Shown piece after piece: positions 55,275 to 64,000 of a stretch of 64,000 nt of DNA. The position numbers were made by a program, and so were the translations under genes. Where the stretch lies: NCBI GenBank assembly GCA_965197925.1, contig CBDAOC010000019.1:1-64000 (forward strand), written 5' to 3'. The DNA comes from Nitrososphaerales archaeon. Lineage in GTDB: Archaea > Thermoproteota > Nitrososphaeria > Nitrososphaerales > UBA213. Within the stretch, counting starts at the first letter, position 1; each line of letters opens with the position of its first letter. A model generated the notes under the pieces. That model ran no database searches. It was not told the DNA's origin and saw only the letters and a program-made list of their open reading frames with translations.

Positions 55275-56330
55275 GAGCTTATCCTAAAATTAACATCATA
55301 GCCTAATTGTTTATACCGAAACAGATCTAGATCTGTCCTCTCTAGCTAAATTTGTGATAAAAGCTAAGAAAAAGAGCATGCCGACCATATGGCATATACC
55401 AGACAATCTATGGGTAGAGTTCAAACTAGTGTTGCTACCAGAGAAACCAGCAAGAACAGTTGGAAGGCCAGCTGTGCCATTTAGAAAAGTGTTGAATGGA
55501 ATACTGTATGTATTAAGAACTGGATGCCAGTGGAAGAAGGTATCTAAAGAATTTGGTTCTGGTTCAACTTGCCATGCAAGATTTCAGGAATGGATTGGGA
55601 TAGGAGTATTCAAGAAGGTATGGAAGAGGCTGCTGGAAATATATGATGAATTGAAGGGTATAGGATGGGACTGGCAATCCATGGATAGCGTACCGAAGGC
55701 CCCATTAGGGGGAAAACGACCGGAGCAAACCCAACGGATAGAGGCAAGCTAGGTACCAAACGTCACATGCTGGTTGATAGAAGAGGTATTCCTCTCTCAT
55801 CTGTAATTACTGGAGCAAACAAGCACGATATGAAATCAGCCTTTCCTACAATAGATAGCATTGTTGTTGATAGGCCCAAAGTTAAACAGAACATATGCAT
55901 GAATAGGATATGATTTCCCTGAGATAGAGTATGGAGTATGAAATATGGAGTTAGGAAGGGGATATGTGGATCACATTCGTCATAAGGGTGAAGTATTGAA
56001 AAAGAATTTGTACAAAGCAAAGAGATGGGTTGTAGAAAGAACCGCATCTTGGCATAACAGGTTCAGAAAGTTATTGGTAAGGTTCGAGAAGAGAGAGGAA
56101 AATTATCAGGCGCTAGTAGAATTTGCTAACTGCCTAATAGTGTATAGAGCGATATATTGGTAGTGTCATAAACACGTTAATGCAACTGTTTCTAGTATCT
56201 ACTATCTACAATACTAATAAAATCAATAGTAAGAAAACTAAACCTAATATTATGAACTAATATTCTTGCATTCTAAATGTTATCATTTCTACCAATCATT
56301 AACTATCAGCTAGAATTTTAGGATAGGCTC
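55275..56330 (+). mobile_element. IS family C full-length copy
   Basis: TIR GAGCTTATCCTAAAATT / AATTTTAGGATAGGCTC; TSD TTA/TTA; extra terminal copy at 56334-56348. Confidence 0.92.
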
Positions 56331-57086
56331 TTATTTTAGGATAGGCTCTTAAACCAATCATAAACACAGATTCAATTAAACATTGTTAATTCGTCTTTAT
56401 GTTCTACTCATAGAAACTCTCTAAAAGTAAATCAATTTATAAATCAGGAATAATCTTTTTGAGAGTATATCCTCTGGGCCTTTACCTATTCTAAATTGTA
56501 AGTAACTTAGACCATTCTTCGAATGATATTATTTTGCTCATGTTTGATGTATTTCCTTATTTACTTCGACTAACTTTTGGTTATTAATTATTGTGATCCT
56601 ATTATTGTTTGAAAACCTATTTGATAGCATATCTTCCATTTGTTTGAGTCAAAAGGTGAATTGGGAATTATATTAGGATAATCGAGAATAATTTTGGTTT
56701 CTTCTGTCCATGAACAAATTCATCTAATATAATAATTCCAATGGTATAATGGCTCTGGGTGTAAATAAGCGGCGACATCTTTTTGATATAAATATTGTGA
56801 TGCAGTTGCTATCCTTGGTTTCTATTATCGGTGAGTAGATACTTCAACTAATAGGATTACCTAGACTTTTGGCATGATACACAGGTAAAACATCACTTAG
56901 TTTTGCAATGGAAACAATATTGACTTTTTATCCAATTATTAGAATTAGATGTTTGAATTCTACATCGAAAGAGAAAGCAGCAAACTAAGCTGGGATTAAA
57001 AAGTATGAAATTATCATTAGTAGAAGGAACTAGAGATAGTTCTCTTTATTACTCATTTTCACGAACCATCAATAATTATTCTTACT

Positions 57087-58908
57087 TTAGGGCTGATAAT
57101 AATTAGACAATAGTATAGGTAACGCCTCTACAGCCGTTGACCTTAGTGAATAGTCCATCAAATCAGTTAATGAAGAGCATTCAGGATTTATTTCTATAAG
57201 AATAGCTCCTCCCTCTTTTGCGTAGATTGGTAACTGATTTGCTGGTGAAACCATAAGGGATGTTCCTACTATAATCATAACATCGCAACTACACGCTTTG
57301 ATAGTAGCCTCCTGCCAACATTTAATTAATTCACCAAATAAAACAATATCAGGCCGCAAGTGATTCCCGCATGTTTCACACAATGGTGGAGGCGTTGGAA
57401 ACCTATTTCCTAAATCTCCCTTAAAATCACATATAGTACACTTTGTTTTGAATATATTTCCATGAAGTTCTATAACATTTTTACTTCCTGCATTTTGGTG
57501 CAATCCGTCAATATTTTGAGTTACTATATAACCGAGGCATGGACATAATTTCATAACAAAAATAACTTGATGCATCTGATTGATTAACTTCCGAGCATGT
57601 GCTTCAATGCCCTTAATGGTCTTCCTGTTAGATGATTGTAGTAAACCATTACCTGATACAATAATACAGATAACAATACAATGCTCCTTACCTTATCAAA
57701 TCCTCTAACTGGCAATGGATCTATGGTAAATACATCCTTCATATGCTCTATCAATGGCTCAACGCTTATGCTCCTCCGAGAATATACATGCTGCCCAAAT
57801 TCAGAGTTATAGAACTGCAGCAATGCCAGTCTATTATTATCTGTAGTATGCCTATACCTTTCCAATGGGAATACTGGATGCCCTCTATACCTGCTGAAAT
57901 CACATAACTTGTGACATCATATCCTTCATCTCCTACAACATACCTTACCATTCCTGTAGGCAATGAAGATGTTATGCTTTCATACATCTTGTTATCAGTA
58001 ATGTTAGCTGTTGTGAAATCAGCTGATAATGGAACTATCAACGAACCAGTACTACATGCTAGATGCATCTTGTATCCGAATACCCATCCCTTGGTTCTGC
58101 TGTAGCCCCATCGAGCATCTGTATCTATACCGGAGCGTGGCACTTCATTCTTCTTCATGTTTGATCTATGCCATAGATGTCCCTTTGCTTTCAACAATGA
58201 ACTGTCAACGGATACTATGGCTGGGTCTACCAACCCATCTTTTATGAAGAGCATATCCATAGCACCTATCCTTGATCTTATGTCAATTGATATAGCCTTG
58301 AACCTTCTGTCGAATGTTCTTTTATCTGGCAACCTATCAAGACCACATGATTCCATAACTCTCCTGTTGTATGGCATGTCTAACGAAAAATATTCATGCA
58401 AAGCATTGTTGCTTGGTATTCTTACCCATACTCTAACGATGAAGCATCTCACCATAACTGTAGGAGAATTGTAGAATGGTCTACCCCTTTTCCTATTAGG
58501 TTTTGACTAGAATCACGTCGATCAAAAATAATATACGAAGAAGTATGGAGTCTGAGCTAAACACATTACCAATGAAAAATGGAACCTGATCTTATCGTTT
58601 CGACCGGCTTAATTATGCCCAAGCCTCATATAACCATCTCTTGAGTTTTCAATATCTGCAATAGCTTCATGCCCAGGATTAGGTTGAGCATTAAGAACTT
58701 TTCTTCGCCTCGCATAATACCATTCCCATACTAGTTTTGGATTATTATTTAATGCTACAGGCGTAGCAAGTTTAGTAGGATCATACCTTTTCCATAAACC
58801 ATCGTTGCCTCTAAAGGTCGCAAGACCATTTTCCTGTGATAATCCCGCACCAGTAAAAAAGACTATGCCATTTGCTTTCTGTATATGCTGTGCGATCGAC
58901 TTGTACAT
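57087..58908 (-). pseudogene. cobB: Sir2/CobB NAD-dependent deacylase split by IS family A
   Basis: N-part TGAGLSQENG..TFRG, PNPGH (58628-58908); C-part TQNIDGLH, ELHG, CxxC..CxxC, RPDIVLFGE, VGTS (57087-57533). Confidence 0.92.
57534..58627 (-). mobile_element. IS family A copy inside the sirtuin gene
   Basis: 8-bp TSD ATATAACC at 57526-57533 and 58628-58635. Confidence 0.95.
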
Positions 58909-59520
58909 GAATTTACTATTGATTGATCTCTGCAGTAATTATTCGTTTGTAGTTTGAAAAAACCTTTCAACAAATATTCCGATCAAGAAGGGTTTTGTGA
59001 TTATTCATATGTATATGATAATAAGTTGAATAGAGATTCAGAACCCTTTGTTTAACTAACTGTTGGTATGATTATTATTCATACCATAATTACACTTTTT
59101 TGAATATCGATATTAGGGGATTTGTATTTTGTTCTTAAATTATTTATAAGAAAAGAATATCCTCATCGCTTAAGAAAAGGAATTTAATATGGGAATTCAT
59201 TTATTAATTAGAAACCGCTTATGTAAATGAATATAGCAGATTCCTGACAGACAGGACCAAACCTTTGGGGATGTATGTTTCTATCTGCCATTAATATACA
59301 TCAAATGCTGACATTATTTAATTCGCCATTTCCGGTTATTGCTTTAACAGATGTTCAAGTCCTATTTTATTGAACTGATCTTTAGTATTAATATGATAAT
59401 ATTTGCTCTCAGGAGAACTACAAGAGAGCGACCCAATAACTCTCGCTTATTATTGCGAAAATGGTATAATCATTTAATACTCTACAAATTTTTGAATATG
59501 TCAAAGGTTTATATTTTTGA

Positions 59521-59781
59521 ATGGTTAATCGAAAATTCGTGGACCAGCAACCTACTAGGACAAGAAGCAAATGGTGGCATCTATTACCAATATTCTTTAA
59601 TTTGTTAGGTGGTGTAATTGCTTATTTCGCAATAAGACATGATGATCCTAAAAAAGCCAAAAATTGTCTATGGATTGGTATCATATTGACTGCAATTAAT
59701 ATTAGTATTGGAGTGATTGTGTTCTTGTTCACCCAGCCTACTGAGCTTTCTTCATTCACTCAGCTCTGGACAGTGGTATGA
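59521..59781 (+). CDS. Small two-TM membrane protein
   Basis: WWHLLPIFF..GGVIAYF..DDPKKAKNCLWIGIIL. Confidence 0.75.
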   Translation: MVNRKFVDQQPTRTRSKWWHLLPIFFNLLGGVIAYFAIRHDDPKKAKNCLWIGIILTAINISIGVIVFLFTQPTELSSFTQLWTVV

Positions 59782-59921
59782 ATTTTGTAATATTGCACTG
59801 GTGGATAGGTCATGAAATATATGAAACAAAGCATCACCTTGTATATTATAAATCCTAACACATACCAAATTAGAACAGGTTATAAGATCCCAAATATTTA
59901 AGGTCCAGTAGGTAATTGGTT

Positions 59922-61011
59922 GAGGCATGGGCATTATTCCATATAACAAAAATAACTTGATGCATCTGATTGATTAACTTCCGAGCATGTGCTTCAATGC
60001 CCTTAATGGTCTTCCTGTTAGATGATTGTAGTAAACCATTACCTGATACAATAATACAGATAACAATACAATGCTCCTTACCTTATCAAATCCTCTAACT
60101 GGCAATGGATCTATGGTAAATACATCCTTCATATGCTCTATCAATGGCTCAACGCTTATGCTCCTCCGAGAATATACATGCTGCCCAAATTCAGAGTTAT
60201 AGAACTGCAGCAATGCCAGTCTATTATTATCTGTAGTATGCCTATACCTTTCCAATGGGAATACTGGATGCCCTCTATACCTGCTGAAATCACATAACTT
60301 GTGATCATCATATCCTTCATCTCCTACAACATACCTCACCATTCCTAAAGGCAATGAAGATGTTATGCTTTCATACATCTTGTTATCAGTAATGTTAGCT
60401 GTTGTGAAATCAGCTGATAATGGAACTATCAACGAACCTGTGCTAGATGCTAGATGCAGTTTGTATCCGAATACCCGTCCCTTAGTTCTGCTGTAGCCCC
60501 ATCGAGCATCTGTATCTATACCTGAACGTGGTACTTCATTCTTCATGTTTGATCTATGCCATACATGTCCCTTTGCTTTCAACAATGAACTGTCAACGGA
60601 TACTATGGATGAGTCTACCAACCCATCTTTTATGAAGAGCACACCCATAACATCTATCCTTGATCTTATGTCAATTGATACGGCCTTGAACCTTCTGTCG
60701 AATGTTCTTTTATCTGGCAACCTATCAAGACCACATGCCTTCATTACCTTCCTGTTGTATGGCATGTCTATCAAAAAGTTTCATGCAAAGCATTGTTGCT
60801 TGGTATTCTTACCCATACTCTAACGATGAAGCATCTCACCATAACTGTAGGAGAATTGTAGAATGGTCTACCCCTTTTCCTATTAGGTTTTGACTAGAAT
60901 CACGTCGATCAAAAATAATATACGAAGAAGTATGGAGTCTGAGCTAAACATATCAACAATAAAAACTAGAACCTGATCTTATCGTTTCGAACTAAATTAC
61001 GCCCAAGCCTC
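59922..61011 (-). mobile_element. IS family A copy
   Basis: 8-bp TSD AATTGGTT at 59914-59921 and 61012-61019. Confidence 0.95.
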
Positions 61012-61025
61012 AATTGGTTGTCTAA

Positions 61026-61877
61026 ATGAGGAATAGAGTGAATTTAATTATTCTGTTACCATTACTGATACCATTTGCAGCCATAGCTACTATGGATGAA
61101 GCCTTTGCAAAGAGAGTCACAGTCGATCAGGTACAAGGTGCATCCAATCCTAAGAATGAAGAATTTTTTGTGCCAGAACAAGTAACCATCAATATAGGGG
61201 ATACAGTTGTCTGGACTGATTCTGATAGAACTACCCATACAATAACTAGCGGGGATATTGATGATCATGATACTTGGGGCCTGATATTTGACTCTGGACT
61301 AGCTATGCCGGGTGCAACATTTGAGCACATATTCGATACAGTAGGCGAGTATCCATATTTCTGCACGTTGCATGAATGGATGAAGGGAAAAGTGATAGTT
61401 ATTGAAGGGGTGGATGATGGTACCGTAGGGGAAGGCATGATGGGTGGACCGAATGAAGAAAAGGTTACTGTGAGCTTCGAAGATTACTCTTTCGATTTAG
61501 ATATTTCTCTCACTAATGGCAATGTTGAATTCATTGATCTTGATCCAGACTTTACGAGTTTAGTATTGACACTACAAACTAGTGAGACTGTAAATGGTGA
61601 ATTGATAATAAACTTGCCCAGAGAACTAATTGATTCAAAAATTAATGGTGTCGATGATGACTTTATAATAATTGTAAATAGGGAGCTGTCAGACTATACG
61701 GAAGTTCAAACTACTAATGAAAGGGAATTAACAATTCCAATATCTTCAGGAGTAAATGAAATTGAAATTGTTGGAACACAAATTGTACCGGAATTTCCAC
61801 TTACTTTGATGGGAATAATGGGCGTGATGATTGCTACCACTTTAGCAGTCAGTAGAATCAACTATCGAGCGCCATAA
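61026..61877 (+). CDS. Blue-copper (plastocyanin-like) surface protein with PEFG-CTERM-type anchor
   Basis: Signal peptide, GDTVVW..HT, YFCTLHEWMKG ligands, IVGTQIVPEFP plus TM tail. Confidence 0.9.
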   Translation: MRNRVNLIILLPLLIPFAAIATMDEAFAKRVTVDQVQGASNPKNEEFFVPEQVTINIGDTVVWTDSDRTTHTITSGDIDDHDTWGLIFDSGLAMPGATFEHIFDTVGEYPYFCTLHEWMKGKVIVIEGVDDGTVGEGMMGGPNEEKVTVSFEDYSFDLDISLTNGNVEFIDLDPDFTSLVLTLQTSETVNGELIINLPRELIDSKINGVDDDFIIIVNRELSDYTEVQTTNERELTIPISSGVNEIEIVGTQIVPEFPLTLMGIMGVMIATTLAVSRINYRAP

Positions 61878-62101
61878 TCCCCTAAATGTATACTATCTTA
61901 TGAAAAATTTTGCTGATCAGAATTAATAACTCACCGGAATTGAAGATATAACATAAGAAATTAACTTCAAAATGACTACCAGTTCATTTATAGAAGATTG
62001 TTTGCAGGCTTTCCCAATTCTAAGGTATTTCTCTCTGAGAATGCATGCAGGAGTTTAGATATGGTGGGATTCAACAAATAAATTGTTAGACCCCAATAAT
62101 G

Positions 62102-62175
62102 TGGGTACATTACCCACACACAAATTTCATTCAGTAATGGGTACATTACCCACACACAAATTTCATTCAGTAATG
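62102..62175. repeat. 36-bp tandem duplication covering the cyclophilin stop region
   Basis: TGGGTACATTACCCACACACAAATTTCATTCAGTAA twice. Confidence 0.85.
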
Positions 62176-62636
62176 TTTTCCATTTTAGCATCCTGAAGTG
62201 GAGCATCATTACCATCTCTCTCCAGATTTACAATTTTGTCTACTACTTTCATTCCTTCCAGAACTTTACCAAATACTGTGTAGTTCTTGTCGAGAAAAAT
62301 GGAGTCTTTAACAACTATAAAGAATTGTGAACCAGCACTATCAGGATCATGTGCGCGTGCCATAGAGACTATTCCTCTCACATGACTTTTTGAATTGAAC
62401 TCCGCCTTTATAGTATAACCAGGACCTCCCGCACCCCAAGTCTTCCTGTTATTGTTCTTGCTGTTTGGATCACCCCCTTGAACCATAAAACCCGGTATCA
62501 CTCTATGAAACAAAATTCCGTCATAAAATGAGGATCCAGCTAATTTCATAAAGCTTTCTACTGTTTTTGGTGCATCTTCTGGAAAAAATTCAATTACAAT
62601 TTTACCAAAGTTTGTATCTATAACTCCGTTTTTCAT
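62163..62636 (-). CDS. Cyclophilin-type peptidyl-prolyl isomerase
   Basis: APKTV, FYDG..FHRVIPGFMVQGGDP, SAGSQFFI, YTVFGKV. Confidence 0.93.
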   Translation of the reverse strand: MKNGVIDTNFGKIVIEFFPEDAPKTVESFMKLAGSSFYDGILFHRVIPGFMVQGGDPNSKNNNRKTWGAGGPGYTIKAEFNSKSHVRGIVSMARAHDPDSAGSQFFIVVKDSIFLDKNYTVFGKVLEGMKVVDKIVNLERDGNDAPLQDAKMENITE

Positions 62637-63056
62637 TTAAAAAGAAGTGAGGAGTCATTCTTAAGAATCTTTCTTAATCAAGCGTTGTGGTTCTCCTTCC
62701 AAAATTTGGTACTTAAAAAAGGGTTGATCATTTCGGAAAAGGTATGGAGATGACCTAATAACCTCTCCATATGTATATTTTCGAATTACATGAGCGTTAT
62801 CCAAACTAAGCAAATCCATCGCTCATACGAAACGAAATAATATTGAATCCTCATTGCTAACTCCTTAAAAAGACAGGTTAGTAAGGAAGATCAAGTTTTT
62901 AAAATCATCAGAGCACTAACTAAAGGGTAGTATTAAGAATAAAATGAGAAATTTTGTAGTACTGGAATGACCATTACACATGAAGCTACACCTTTACCAG
63001 AAGACTAATAGCTTTTACTATATTTAGTAAGAATCTTACCGCATATGGTAAGTTAG

Positions 63057-63155
63057 CGGGCTCGGTGGGATTTGAACCCACGACCTACAGCTTCGGAGGC
63101 TGTCACGCTTTCCATATTTCGCGCAAATGCTAGCTTTGCTCTACGCAACGAGCCC
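63057..63155 (-). tRNA. tRNA-Arg(CCG) with a non-canonical D-loop intron of about 25 nt
   Basis: Acceptor GGGCTCG/CGAGCCC; anticodon arm ACAGC-CTCCGAA-GCTGT; T-arm GTGGG-TTCAAAT-CCCAC; extra hairpin GCAAA..TTTGC in the D-loop. Confidence 0.88.
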
Positions 63156-63228
63156 TTATTATAAATTAATATTCACCACATTTAAGGCAATACGGCAACG
63201 TTATTGGAATTTGAAAAAGTCGACGAAT

Positions 63229-63888
63229 TCATTCTTTCAGTAAGTCTTGTACCATATTGTCCAGGTACTCATCTTGGCCAAACACAACATAACGTAGCGC
63301 ACCCTTCTTATCAATCAGAATTGAAGAAGGAGTTCCCTGCAATGCATATTCTTCAAAAGTTTCTGCCGAGAACTTTTTAGTTTTTAGGTACTGCTTAACT
63401 CGATCAATCAAGTCCATCTTCCCCGATTCATCATATGACCTGAACTGAGGAAAGTTTGCTTCCACGAAGTCCATAACTCTGCTTTTTTTCAAATTTTCAG
63501 ACTCTCTTCTGATCGAATCCATCCCTACAGGAAATGGTATCTTGTAGGCTAGCTTGTCACCTTGAAGCATGCCATATTGTGAAAGAGCGTTATGTGTTTC
63601 TCCAATCGTCTCACCCGTATTAAGGAGTAATTCTAGATTCTCAAGTGTGTTTTTATCATAATCTTCGAAAGCCGTTGCTAAGCCCAATACAGTGACACCC
63701 TCACTATGGTACTTCTTGTAAATGTCTATACTTTTGGGTATTCCATACAAAAAACAACCTGGACAGTTCACCTGAAAAACTTCCACCAATACCACATTGT
63801 CCTTTTCCTTGTCAATGTTAGTTGGTACGCCCTGAACCCATTTTGAAACTTTAAGATTTGGTGCTTTACTTCCAATCTTTGTTACCAA
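63229..63888 (-). CDS. Thioredoxin-fold redoxin (TlpA/AhpC-TSA-like)
   Basis: IGSKAPNL, FQVNCPGC, GTPSSILIDKKG. Confidence 0.85.
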   Translation of the reverse strand: MVTKIGSKAPNLKVSKWVQGVPTNIDKEKDNVVLVEVFQVNCPGCFLYGIPKSIDIYKKYHSEGVTVLGLATAFEDYDKNTLENLELLLNTGETIGETHNALSQYGMLQGDKLAYKIPFPVGMDSIRRESENLKKSRVMDFVEANFPQFRSYDESGKMDLIDRVKQYLKTKKFSAETFEEYALQGTPSSILIDKKGALRYVVFGQDEYLDNMVQDLLKE

Positions 63889-64000
63889 TACAATGTTGTT
63901 TGTGTGAAGATCAGGATAAAAATGTAATGCCCTTTGAAAGAATCATTATCGACTCACATTTTAGCTCAAAGAATAAAAATGTAATATTGCATCTCTATTA

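Noticed and set aside
6714..60893. Repeated antisense ORFs in IS copies (MLSYILLSVM.., MAGTDDEST.., MRFFLQPIS..) and in housekeeping genes
   Set aside because: Shadows of real genes; they recur only because the IS is multicopy

Overview
Archaeal chromosome segment. Gene content (Dph2, Csl4, eIF2 alpha/gamma, rpS6e/S8e, Nop10/Gar1, TFB, AglB, cobalamin genes, PEFG-CTERM-type surface proteins, blue-copper protein) points to Nitrososphaerota (Thaumarchaeota); this is an inference from the proteins. Housekeeping blocks (1.5-4 kb, 12.8-15.9 kb, 18-35 kb) are interleaved with about 17 complete or partial IS copies from four families, roughly 14-15 kb by my hand count, and many pseudogenes. Main accessory signals: (1) an orphan 3-repeat CRISPR array whose outer repeat lies 2 bp from the stop codon of a decayed SWIM/Zn-ribbon IS6-like transposase next to hicAB; (2) a GC-richer provirus-like remnant at about 37-41.9 kb with a tyrosine recombinase, an FtsK/HerA-like ATPase, two divergent paralogous RHH genes around palindromic operators, and a nested palindrome cluster; (3) two cas1 (solo/casposase-like) pseudogene fragments, in swapped order, missed by the ORF track; (4) a 64-bp G-rich tandem repeat; (5) a 46-aa protamine/H1-like basic protein missed by the ORF track; (6) tRNA-Arg(CCG) with a D-loop intron. 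All calls come from reading by eye; no database searches were run.
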